DNA of 63,751 nt, counting the filler, from Olpidium bornovanus S191 (Eukaryota > Fungi > Olpidiomycota): assembly GCA_017911155.1 (NCBI GenBank). It is 30 parts of 30 records of this genome, joined end to end, with 100 filler letters (N's around TTAATTAATTAA, not from the genome) between each part and the next. Parts side by side here need not be neighbours in the genome. Positions count along the whole stretch, not along the records: positions 8,721 to 10,914 come from JAEFCI010013036.1; positions 11,015 to 14,007 come from JAEFCI010002035.1; positions 14,108 to 15,241 come from JAEFCI010006956.1; positions 15,342 to 17,726 come from JAEFCI010003926.1; positions 17,827 to 20,140 come from JAEFCI010008951.1; positions 20,241 to 22,147 come from JAEFCI010005619.1; 24 more parts are not named here. One strand, 5' to 3'. Positions within the stretch are counted from its first letter, which is position 1; each line of letters starts with the position of its first letter. Under the pieces are notes generated by a model. That model did not search any database. It worked only from the letters and a program-made list of their open reading frames with translations, and was not told where the DNA came from. Below are positions 9,246 to 20,312 of the stretch, one piece after another. The translations under genes and the position numbers were made by a program.

Positions 9246-10478
9246 TCACGCGAGGCGGCCGTAGCACGCGCTGTCCGCCCAGGAGGCGTTTGCCGGCTTG
9301 AAGGCGGTCCGCGTCAGGTTCGCCGTGAAGCACGCGCGGGCGAAGGCCGCGACCGCGGCGCCGAGGATGCGGTGGGCGCGGGCGGAGGGGTGGACGTCGT
9401 CGTAGAAGAAGTGGGAGTTTGGGTCGGCGCAGACGTTCGCGGCTTTTTCCGCCTCTCCGCCCGCTTCTCCGGTTTCCGGCGCAGGCGAGAACTTCACGCA
9501 CGCGTCGTCGAAGTTCTTGAAGCCGCCCCGCCTGTTGTCGATGGTGTCGGCGGTGACGCCGTGGACGTCGAACAGGGCGATCCGCAGAGGCCGCCGCGCG
9601 GCGGCGGCGACGCTCTCGAGGCCCGTCCGCAGGTCCCGGTTCAGCTGGCGGAGGACCCTGGGGAAGACGGCGCGCGCGAGCCACCGCGCCAGGGGCCCGG
9701 CCTCATTGGCGACCCGTCGGGCGGCGGGCGTCCGGTCAATCGGGGGGAGGTTCAGCACGAGCAGGTTGCGCGTCCGGCGGCGGGGGCGGCGGGCGCCGCC
9801 GACGGTGCCGTCGCCGTCGCCGCCGCCGCCTCCGTCCGACAGCAGCCGGATCCCCTCGACGATGGTGGTCGGGCCGCTCCGCACCGCGCTGATCGCTTTC
9901 CAAACGCTCTTGTCGACGAGCGGGCCGAGGAAGTTGTTGCTCCCCGTCCAGACCGACACCAGCGTCCCCTTCTCTTCCGCCTCCTCCTCCTCCTTCTCCT
10001 TTCGCGCGGCGCCGCCCTCGTCCTCGCGGAGGTACTGTTCAATCTGCTGCCGGGCGCCGGGGACGGGCAACCTGCGGCCCGGGCCGGCCTCGGCGTACCC
10101 CTGGATCAGCTGGGTGTCCGAGGACGACCCGATGAACGCGTAGTCGCGGATGCACGGCGCCCCTAACGCCTGCCGGAACCACTCCACCCACACCGGGCCG
10201 TTGCTCATCCTGCCGCGCCAGTACACGTCGGGCCGCGGCCGGCTGCCGTTGGTCAGGCGGAAGAGGTTGCCCATGTCGCTGAGGCTGTCGCCGAACGCCA
10301 CCACGCGGCCGAACAGGCCGCCGCCGCCGGCCGCGAAGCAGGTCCCGTTGGTCACGGACGTGACGTTGGGCGCGCCGGTCCCGCTGGCGGCGCGGCAGGG
10401 CAGCGCCGACCCGCTCGAGAGCCGCGGCACGGAGACCGCGAGCCACAGCACCGAGGGCGCCGCCGCGGCGCACCGCAT
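9246..10478 (-). CDS. Secreted GDSL/SGNH hydrolase (CE16 / thermolabile-haemolysin-like), 410 aa, intronless
   Basis: All blocks present: VVAFGDSLSDMGN, GRMSNGPVWVE, DYAFIGS, VWTGSNN, VLNLPP, FFYDDVHPSARAH. Hydrophobic N-terminus from the ATG at 10478. Confidence 0.92.
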   Translation of the reverse strand: MRCAAAAPSVLWLAVSVPRLSSGSALPCRAASGTGAPNVTSVTNGTCFAAGGGGLFGRVVAFGDSLSDMGNLFRLTNGSRPRPDVYWRGRMSNGPVWVEWFRQALGAPCIRDYAFIGSSSDTQLIQGYAEAGPGRRLPVPGARQQIEQYLREDEGGAARKEKEEEEAEEKGTLVSVWTGSNNFLGPLVDKSVWKAISAVRSGPTTIVEGIRLLSDGGGGGDGDGTVGGARRPRRRTRNLLVLNLPPIDRTPAARRVANEAGPLARWLARAVFPRVLRQLNRDLRTGLESVAAAARRPLRIALFDVHGVTADTIDNRRGGFKNFDDACVKFSPAPETGEAGGEAEKAANVCADPNSHFFYDDVHPSARAHRILGAAVAAFARACFTANLTRTAFKPANASWADSACYGRLA

Positions 10479-11661
10479 TCTTTGTGAGGTTTCCGGCGGT
10501 TCCGAGCCGGGGGGCGAATTTTTTTTTTTGCTTTTTTTTTTTTTGCGGCCCGCCGCCTCAGGAAAAGAGAGGGCGGGGCGGGGGGCGTTTTCTTTGAGTC
10601 CCGTCGTCGACCGACGGATTTCGCGCTGGAGGAGAGATCGAAGAGAGAGAAAGAGGGAGGGAGAAAGCAGAGAGCAGAGAGAACGGCGAGAGAGGAGAAA
10701 GGCGGGAGAGAAGCGAGGCCAAGAGCGCGGCATGTGAGGACGCGTCAAGTCGGCAGGATCCCTCCTCCCCCAATCGTTCACGCACCCCACTCCCCGCCCA
10801 CTCCCCTTATCCTTCCCCTTTCCCTTCCCCTCTCACCGCTTCCCCCTCACCCCCATGCCGAAAGATCCTACTCCTTCCCCCCCTCCCCCTTCTACCACGC
10901 TCTCCAAATTTTTCNNNNNNNNNNNNNNNNNNNNNNNNNNNNNNNNNNNNNNNNNNNNTTAATTAATTAANNNNNNNNNNNNNNNNNNNNNNNNNNNNNN
11001 NNNNNNNNNNNNNNCCATATTTCGCCTGCCCTCGGTCTTCTCCGTTGGGATTCAGATTCGCACTGGCGATCGCGCCATCATAAACCCGCTGGCAGACCAG
11101 ACGAGCCTTCACAGCTTTGACTACTTCTTTACATGACGCGTCCAAAATTCGCGCCGGAACCGCGCCGGACGCACGGCAGCGCTTCAAACTGCGTGTTCGG
11201 ATGCGGCGGTGGTTCGCGGCGTGGTGTCTGCTTTTGGCAACAGTTTCCACCTCAGTGCCTTTCTCTGTGCGGGCCCGCAGCGAAACAACGGGGGCGGGCG
11301 GAACGAGAGCGGGCGGCGGGACCACTGCGGTCGCGGCTTGCGACGACGGAATTTTTTTTTTTTTTTTTTTTTTCCCCCTCCCCCGGGGGGTGTTCTTGCG
11401 CTCGCCCCGCCTCCCCGTCGCCACGTGCCCCCGCAAACCGCCCGGCGCGGAAGGTTTCCCGACGGACCGCCCCGGCCGTCCCCCCACGCTCCCCGCGCCT
11501 CGCGCGCGTCCCAGGCGCAGCGGCAGCCTCGTGGAGCCTGTGCACGCCGCTCCCTCCGTCGTCCCGCGCTGCGGCCTCGCTTTCTCTCCTCGTGCCCTGC
11601 GTTTGCCCCAGACTTCTGCCTCTCTCGCCTCGTCCCTGGCCGGAAAGCGTGCCCCCCACGC

Positions 11662-13975
11662 ATGCTCCACGAGCTGCTGCTGGCGCTCTCCGGCCACCCC
11701 GGGGACGTGTTTGTGCCGTGCCGGCCGGCGGCAGACCGGCCGGGAGGGAGAAACTGCCCGGGGCCCGCGGGGACCTCCGCCGTCTACAGCGTCGGCGGCG
11801 CAAACCAGCAGGAGCAGCAGCAGCAGCACCAGCAGCAGCCCGGACCTACGACGTTCTGCGTCACTCCCGACTTTCCGTTCCTCCACCCGGCCGAGAGGGC
11901 CACTTTCGACAGACTCGCGCAGCTCGGGTTCTGGTACCGCGAGGTGGCACGGTTTGCGTCCGCAGTGCCACCTGTGGTTCGGGCGGCGGCACCTCGGCCG
12001 GCGACGCGTCCAGCAAGCCCTCCGGTCTCCGGCCCGGAACCGGACCTGCGGCCCTCGGGCCCGCCGCCCGGACACCCGGGAGGCGACGACGGCGGCCGCC
12101 GCGCACCGCACGGGGTCTACCTCCGCGCCCTGGCCGGCGCGCTCTCGGAAGCGCTCCTGCCGTACCAGCGTGCGCTGGTATCCCTGGAGCGGGACCTTCT
12201 GCTGGGCACGCTGGCAGGCTCCGCCGGAAGACCCGCCCTCGCGCATTTTCGCGCCGTCCTGAGCCCGCACGCGCACGTTCTCGCGTTCCTGTACTGCCTG
12301 GTCCGGGACGTCACCGCTGACCCGGGGCGCTGGCCCGGCTGCCGCGTCCTTGACCTCCTGCGCGATCGCGCACGCCGGTGCGGCGTTACGAGTTGCAGGG
12401 AGACTGCGGAGCTGCTGTTGTGGAGGTGCAGGCAGGTTTTCCTCCGGCAGTGCGCCGCGTGGGTCGTCCACGGTGATCTAAACGACCCGACTGGAGAGTT
12501 TTTTGTTTGCAGAGTCAGCGACGCAAGGCGAGCGGCCCAGGAGGCCGGGGAGCCGAAGCCGCACGCTGTTGACGCCGAGCGGGAGGAGGAGTGGCCCGCA
12601 GACGTCTCGTTATGGCACAATGTCTACTGCCTGGACGCGGCCGTCATTCCGAAGCTCATCGGTAGATCATTGGCGGAATCAGTTCTGTTCACTGGCAAAG
12701 CCGTCGCGACTCTACGAAATTTAAAAAGGGATGCGAGGTTTCTGTCGGTTGGCGCATCGGGAACCGCGGAGTCGCCCTCGTCGGAAGCACTATCACCGGA
12801 TTCGGGCGCCCGGCACGTTTCGGCTCTCGCCGAGCTCCTGGATTCGAAAGACGTATGCTCGACGCTGGACATCGAGCACGCCCTAGCGCCGATCCGTCAG
12901 GAAGCTGCGAGGGAGCTATGGGCCTCCGTAATTCGCGGACCGGATCCGACGAGGCACCGGCTGGCCGACGTGCTTCTCTCGCTGCGAAGGTACGCTCTGG
13001 CGGGCCGCGGCGACTGGGCGACCTCAGTCCTGGACCAGGTTTCCCGCCTGCGCGCCGCGCGGCTGCACCGCTCCGCCGGGTCCGCGGTGCGCGACGGCGA
13101 GCTGAACGCGGCGTTCGCGCGGGCGGCGTACGGCACCACGGCCGAGGGCGACCCCGCGCTGGCAGCGCACTTCCGGCTTTCGGCGGAACCATCGCCCCGC
13201 CGCGGCACCGACCTTCGCCTGCTGCCGGGAAATCCCGTCAGGCTCCGCTGCGAAGTGGCCCCGCCGGTGGACCTGGTGCTCTCCCCGCGCGACGCGGAGA
13301 GGTACGCGGTCCTCTTCGCGTTCCTGATCGGCCTCCGCGGCGTCCAGGTGTCCCTCCAGAGGCTCGCTGTCGGCGGCCGCGGGGCCAAAGGCGGGAACCG
13401 CAGGAAAATGCCGCCGAGGGAGTCGGCAGGGTGGCGCGGCAACGCCAAGACGAAACCCCACATCGGAGCAGCGTGGAGGTTGAAGCAGGCCATGTTGTTT
13501 CACGTGGACGAGCTGTGGAACCACATACAGGTCAGGAAATTCCCTCTCGCCTTACTGCCGGCGCGAGTTTTTGACCCGGTTCTTGCCGTGAGTCGCCTAA
13601 CGGACGTTCCGCCTTTTTTTTTTTTTTTTTTTTTTGCCAGAACAGATGGACGTCATCGACGCCGCATTCTACGACCTCCGCCGGCGGCTGATCACGGCCC
13701 CGGCAGGCCGGGGCGACGCGACCGCGCTTCCCGAGTGCTGGGACTTGCAGGACATTCAGCGCGCCCACGCGTCCTACCTCGCCGCCGTGGAGCACGGGTG
13801 TCTCCTCGGGACGCCGACCCTCGCCGAGGCGGTCGACGCGCTCGCGGACGTGTGCAGGAGGTTCTGCACGCGGATGGAGGCCAGCGGCATGTGCGATCGC
13901 GCCGCGGGCGACGCCGAGGAAGGGTACACGGAGAAGCGGGAGGCGACCGAGAGAGACGTGGCCGCGCTTGACGCC
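11662..13975 (+). CDS. TUBGCP4: Gamma-tubulin complex component 4 (Spc97/Spc98 family), 3' partial
   Basis: Starts MLHELLLALSGHPGDVF; FPFLHPAERATFDRLAQLG; HGVYLRALAGAL. Exon 11662-13530, intron 13531-13645, exon 13646-13975 (QMDVIDAAFYDL). Confidence 0.9.
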
Positions 13976-14300
13976 GTGAGTCCCGGATTTCCTCCCGGTG
14001 TTCTTCCNNNNNNNNNNNNNNNNNNNNNNNNNNNNNNNNNNNNNNNNNNNNTTAATTAATTAANNNNNNNNNNNNNNNNNNNNNNNNNNNNNNNNNNNNN
14101 NNNNNNNAATTTTCTTGATCTCCTTCTCCGTTACCAGTGGGGATTCGGAGCCGCATACAGCAGACTCACGTCTTCATATTTTCGAGCAATCGTGCCTCCG
14201 ACGCCTGGGCGCGCGTCGGCACAACTTGATGCGCTCACGTGTACAACGGGAAAGCGTCCAGATCCTTAATGTATTCGAATCAGAACGAACTGGATTAAAT

Positions 14301-15059
14301 CTACCGGAGAGTGGCATAACAAAGCCACCCCGGATGGAATATCTCAGCCCATACCTCAATCTCGGCTTTCACAAGATGGCGTCCCGGGATCATCACGGAG
14401 CCGGTCCTGCGGCGGCCGCCTGCACCGTGCGGGGGAGGGGGGGAGGGAAGGTGGGGGAGGGCGTTGAAGATTGCCCTCCCGCAGATTAAACAGGAAAACC
14501 TCCACTGTGCTACAGCCCAGAGGTTGGCGTCAAGTGCGATCAACAGCGGAACACGAACCAGCAGGGGTGAACTCCTCAGAGCTGAGCAGGATAATGTTCT
14601 TGAGCTTGTCGATGCACACGAAAGTGCCGACGAAGACGCGATTGTCCGACACGGTTACGCGAGCTTTGAGATTGAGATACGACCGGAGCTGTTGTCCGGT
14701 CCGGGTTGAGAAAGAAAGAGAGAGAGAGAAAAAAAAACGTCAGCAGGAGGATGATTCGCGCTCTTGGAGAAGTGGTTCGGCAACCGGGCCGCACCTCCCC
14801 GGGCTGGTCGGTTCCCGCGGGAGAGGAAGTGGGTGGAGGGGGGGGGGGTTGCTCGAGTGGAACGGGGCCGAACCTTGCGAATGTTGGCAGAGTCGCGGAT
14901 CTCCCGGTTCCCAGGGAGGATCGTCGGCTCGTCCGTGTCGGCGTCGGCTGTCCATGGGAGGTTCTCGGCCGCTTCTGGCGGCGGAAGCGCGCCTGCGCGG
15001 CAAGAGGCACGCGGCGCCTCTTCGCGGCGCGCCTCCGAGGCGGCGGCGGCGGGCTCCAT
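14301..15059 (-). CDS. NAA38: NatC auxiliary subunit, Sm-like (Mak31/Naa38/LSMD1)
   Basis: Exons 15059-14874 and 14688-14559 give IRK-LRSYLNLKARVTVSDNRVFVGTFVCIDKLKNIILLSSEEF (Sm1); the exon from 14406 gives GSVMIPGRHLVKAEIE (Sm2). Confidence 0.78.
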
Positions 15060-15869
15060 TTTCCGCCGGCCCTGGCCCCTGCAAGCGGGGACGCCGAGGG
15101 GTGCGCTCGTCGCCGCCCCCGGCGCCGAAAAGCCCTCCTCCTCCCGCACGCGCAGGGCGAAAGCGGTCGCGCGGGCGGGGGCTGGCGGCTGCGGCTGCGG
15201 CTGAGGGTGGTGTGCGCCACTCGGCCACTTTCCCGTTGTTGNNNNNNNNNNNNNNNNNNNNNNNNNNNNNNNNNNNNNNNNNNNNTTAATTAATTAANNN
15301 NNNNNNNNNNNNNNNNNNNNNNNNNNNNNNNNNNNNNNNNNCATGATGGTTCAGTTTGTGGAGAATTTTGTTGGGGTTGGTGTAGTCGACTTCTAGAGTG
15401 GACTTTTTCCATCCAGACACGTTCAATTCGATTGGAATTCAACGGACTGCCAGGGGTAATATGGGACAATCCTGCGATGTGCGTGCGCTAAGTGCCAGTT
15501 TTCCTGGGGACTATGGGAAAGTTCGAAACATCGTCCGCCAGGGGTAACATGGGAGAGTTCAAAACATCGTTGAACTTTGGCTACAGGGTGAAAAATGGTT
15601 TTCTGTTGCGACGGTCGCCGGGTACTGTGCTTTGATGGTGGTTAGGTCAGCAATGTTTTCAAGCCGGACATGGGAAACTAGAGTACCAAATTGTGTAAGC
15701 GACCTGAGCGCCGGAGGCCCTCAGGCTCTTGCGCCCCCTGGGGCTCCGCCGGCAATCCCCCCGCCGGGGTTCCCGGCCCGTTCACGCGATTCAAGAAGTT
15801 GTCGAGGCTCTGGCCTCCAGAAAGGCGATAGAAGATAGCTCGTGCCGCCTCTGTCGCTAAATGGTTTCG

Positions 15870-17474
15870 GGCGCTCTCGCGGAGCTAAGGAAAATCCCAG
15901 GAAAATCGTTAGTGTCCCAGGAAAACAAACACATTTCGCGCGCGCAGGAAAAGTCGTACGTAGGCATTCTCTTGCAAGCGCTGGAGGAGAGCGTCCCGGG
16001 CGTCACGCATCATCCGGGTCCAGTAACGGTAGGACCCCGCGTACCCCTTGCTAATCAAAAGGATACCCGGGCCGACGCAAGCGCAGAAGTTCGCGATGAA
16101 TGGTGCGTGCCCAATTCGCGCCGAAAGCCACTTGCTTTCGATTTTCCTGCATCATCAGATTTGGTTAGATGTACTGTCAAGATGTACTTTCGAGCATCGC
16201 GAAACGTACAGTCCCGCCTTCGCAAACGCCTCGTGAATCCGTTTGTTCACATTTTGCCGCCACTGGCGGCGCGTGAGCAAGTCTTGGTTGGGCAGATCTC
16301 TAACGGCGCGCAGGTTTTTCGGCCTTCGAGTCGTGTTAGTCAGAGGAGAGAACTTTTCGTGCGCGCCCGAAAAGTCTTCAGTAAGAGTCAGAGAAAGAGG
16401 ATCCATTTCGTTCCGTACGATTCGCGCAACTGCTCACCTGTGAATACGTGTTGTGAAACACGATGGCACAGCAGTTGGCGGGGACATCAACGGCACTTTG
16501 CACCTCCTCAATGTTCTTCATCATCGTTGAGGCGTAAGCCATCCCTCTGATGGCCTGACGCAAACCGTCCGTTTCCGCCACGATTATCGACAGTTCGTCT
16601 TTTGCTCCAGCTTTCTTGGACGGTCGGGCTAACGATGACATCGTGCGGATGTTCGGCAGGTGGAGCGCGCCCTTCCGCCGATCCGCAAGGATCAAGTTGG
16701 CGTGCTGCACGCATTCCTGGAATTCCTCTGCAGAAATCTCCACGATCTGATCAAATTCTTCGGCGGTGTTAATCTGACGAGCGGGAGGCGAGGCTCCTAC
16801 TGCTGTCACCTTTTTCTTTTCCGGCGTTCCAGGCGGAGGACACGCGGCGACCTTATTTCTCGTTGTTGTCAGCGTCTTCGGAACCAATTTTTCGTGCGCG
16901 CAAGAAAAATTACTAACCTCGTCTGGATCGGGCTCGACCTCGACCTCGACCTCGGGCTCGTTTTCGGGCTCGGGCTCGGGCGAGGGCGGCGCGCGCGAGG
17001 TCGGCTCGCGCTAGGGTGGCCCGGGCGAGGGCTCGACCTCCTCCGGCTCCGGTTTGGCTGTTCCAATTCCCTGCGCCCATGCGAGCAGGTCGTATGTCGG
17101 AGGTTCGGAGGGGGGAGCCAAGGAAATGTAGCGCGTACTAGAATCGCCCGCGTTCTATGAAAGCGGCAGAACCCTAACCCTAACCCTACCCCTAACCCTA
17201 AGCGCCAATTCCTGCGCACGTTCCGTTCAAGCGAAATTAAATTAACGTCTACCTGTGTTTGTTGGTTTGTCGACGCTTTGTTGGCGCCTTTGGTTCCGAG
17301 TCTGTGACTGTTGAACCAAGGGAAGCGGCCAACTCGCTTCCCGGGATACCAGGTTCCATGGGATAGCTGTCCGAAAGAGGCAGCAGGTAGACCGCGTCGT
17401 CCCTCGAGGGCGGCGCGCGCAGAAATCGAAATTCCACATTTCGCGTGTCCATTTCGACTCTTTCCAGCCTCCAA
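15870..17474 (-). pseudogene. Broken long ORF of unknown origin (possible retroelement ORF1 or viral relic)
   Basis: Overlapping or abutting minus-strand frames 16869-17474 (SR-rich), 16378-16887 and 16155-16406, with the last frame continuing past a double TGA (CRKIESKWLSARIGHAPF...). No clear introns; no family recognised. Confidence 0.35.
17170..17201 (+). repeat. Interstitial telomeric repeat (CCCTAA)n, about 5 units with one variant
   Basis: AACCCTAACCCTAACCCTACCCCTAACCCTAA. Confidence 0.85.
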
Positions 17475-17903
17475 CGCATGGCGACGGTGAGAACTTCGTG
17501 GAAAACGTGGGCGCGCGCAACGACACTACGCGCCCCTTCGAAAGCGGCTTGCGATGCGCGACCGATCGCACTGCAGATTTAAAGTGAAGAAAAGTCACCG
17601 AAGATCATGTTAGTGAGCCGGTTGTTTTCGCTATCGGCAACTAGTGTTTCTTACCTGTCCCAAGAGCAGCTTGATCGCGTGCGATTTCCCGGTTCCCTTT
17701 TCAGACTTCACACAAATTATAAAAGGNNNNNNNNNNNNNNNNNNNNNNNNNNNNNNNNNNNNNNNNNNNNTTAATTAATTAANNNNNNNNNNNNNNNNNN
17801 NNNNNNNNNNNNNNNNNNNNNNNNNNATCCCCCCCCCCCGCTCCTCCACTTTTCAGAACACGACGAAATCTCCGAAGCAATTTTTTTCGCCGCGTTTGCT
17901 AAG

Positions 17904-19350
17904 GGTCAGCGGTCGTGACATCCCCACAGCTTCTCGAGTGGAACATGTTCTCAGCAGCGCTTTCGGGCCGATCATGGACCTGGGCAGGTCCCCGTTTTTC
18001 CCGGAAATCGTCTTGAGCGTCGGAGGATGGGCTTTTCACGTTTGGAAAGAGAGGATGACGGTATTTTGGTTTTACTGTCCGCCGCGAAATCACGCCGATC
18101 TTATTTTTTTCCTTTCCCCCCTCGTTTTTCTTTATTTTGCTTTGATCGTCTCCCGGCGGTTTTTTTTTTGTTTTGTTTTTGCTGATCCTGCGTTCTATTC
18201 CCAGACGGGGCCGCTGCTGTCTAACGTCCATTCGTCCACGTACCTGACCGCCGGGTGCTGGAGTCCGACAAGGCCGGGAGTGCTGTATATTGCGCGAGCG
18301 GACGGCGCGGTGGAAGTGTGGGACATTTTGGACCGGTAATTTTTTTGGGGCGCTTTCCCGACGTGTTTCGTTGTGCCCGCCGGGCAAAGATCACAAAAGG
18401 GCGGTTGCTAAAGCGCGCCGCGCCTTCCCAAAGATCCCACGTCCCCTCGACGGTGCAGAACATCGCTTCGACGGGAATCTCGAGCTTGGCCATTCGTCAT
18501 TACCAAGGTAACTCCTTCCACTTCCCCCCTCCCCTTCCCCTCCCCACTTACCTCGCCATCTCGTCCTCCCCTACCCGCCGGCTTTCGTTTCCGACGGATG
18601 AAAGCCTAAACACCCGGTACTCGCCTTTTCCCGAAGCCAAGGGCCGAAAATACCAACAGTTTTTGGCCGCCGGCGACGACGAAGGTACACTGCACATTCT
18701 CGAGGTTCCCAGAAACCTTGCGAAGCCGGCCAAGAACGAGGTAGGTAAACCGGCCGCCGTTCACTGTGGCTTAGCCAACCAACCGAAAAAATCCTTAAAG
18801 CACTCGGGAACGTGCCCTATCCACCCTCTCCCCCCTCCCCCCTCACCCACTCACCCCGGCAACTCCTGCCAAAACTCTCTCGAGACCATATTCGTAAAAG
18901 CGTTTTTCGACCGCGAGGTTCGGCGCCTCGAGTACTCGCAGGAGCGCCGCGTCATCCGAGAGAAGACCAAACAAGCGGAATCGCCAGCGGCTGCCGGCGG
19001 AGAAGCAGTAGGTGTTTCTACCCGGATATACACATATCCAGATACATATAATATATATATATATATATATAGATATATTACATTTGCTTGCGAGGATGGA
19101 ATGTTTTGGTCGCAAATCTGGAACCCTCGTCCGCGTTTCTTTTTTTATTTTAACTTTTCTTTTCTTTTTCTTTCTGCAAAATCAGAAAAAAGAGGAGGCG
19201 GAGCCGCCGCTGCCGCCTCCGCCCGCCGCGCCGCCGTCGGGTGCCGCACCAGGGGAAGATATTCAGATGATCCTTGGGAGTCCAGAGGAGCAGGCCACAG
19301 AAAAAGAATTCCTGGCGCTGCAGAGCCGGCTCCTCGAGGCGTTTGCGTAG
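17904..19350 (+). CDS. DNAI3: Axonemal inner-arm dynein intermediate chain WDR63/IC140, C-terminal exons
   Basis: RSPFFPEIVLSVGGWAFHVWKE; GCWSPTRPGVLYIARADGAVEVWDILD; QQFLAAGDDEGTLHILEVPRNLAKPAKNE; AFFDREVRRLEYSQERRVIRE; stop at 19348-19350. Confidence 0.88.
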
Positions 19351-19940
19351 TTGTATGCGATCGGCCGGCGCCACTTCTTTCTTCGTTTCCGTTTTTTTTT
19401 TGTTTCTTTCGACGTGGAAAAAACGTGGCCAAAAAGGGGTTTGCTACCTCGCGTCCTCGCCGGTGCTGTAGTCTTGTCTTTACTTTTTTTATTTTTTTTT
19501 TTTTCATTCTTTCATTTTTGTATATTTTTATTTTTGTTTGTTTATGAAGTATATATTTTTTAATGCTCATTGATCTGTAGCAAACAACCAAAAAGCGACG
19601 GACCCGGCCGTCACTCGGCCTTCCTCCCGCTTGCCCGCTTCCCGCCCCAAATCGCCGTCCGCGTTGCTCCCATCCCGACGCTGCCACTTTGACGCTGGCC
19701 TGCACGTTGGCGAAGCGACGCCGAAAGAGTGGGAACGTCGATGTCTGTTCTCCGGCCCCACCCTTCCTCAACCAAACTAGGCTGTAATAACTAATTCCCC
19801 TTCCTCAGAAATTTGCGTTTTACAAGTTTGGTGACGTCCCGCTCCCTGCCTCCACCCCCCCTTCCACTTTCCTCCCGCATCGGTCAATGATTTTGTGCAC
19901 ATTATTTACGATGAACATCGGTGCCATCAAATTGCCTTTT

Positions 19941-19979
<39 letters not shown>

Positions 19980-19983
19980 AAGG

Positions 19984-20028
<45 letters not shown>

Positions 20029-20312
20029 AAAAACCGATCCACGCAGCCGAAAAAAAAAAAAAAAATCGATCGGCTAAAAAAAAAGATAAGCGGGCCAACA
20101 TTGAATTGTCGGCGGCAGGAAGGAAAGGGGGGAGGTTGAANNNNNNNNNNNNNNNNNNNNNNNNNNNNNNNNNNNNNNNNNNNNTTAATTAATTAANNNN
20201 NNNNNNNNNNNNNNNNNNNNNNNNNNNNNNNNNNNNNNNNCATGGAAACCCGCATACCACGGCTGCGTATGAAACGCGACGTAGCGCAAAAAGTTCCACC
20301 TGGAGCCGGGTT

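Noticed and set aside
10963-13574. Long antisense and alternate-frame ORFs over GCP4, the GDSL gene and 37361-38796
   Set aside because: R/P/A/G-rich shadows expected from very high GC coding sequence.
15880-16066. U12-type intron (minus-strand GTATCCTTTT donor, TTTTCCTTAGC branch-like site)
   Set aside because: Lies within a continuous relic reading frame with no recognisable host gene, and the branch site deviates from CCTTRAC.
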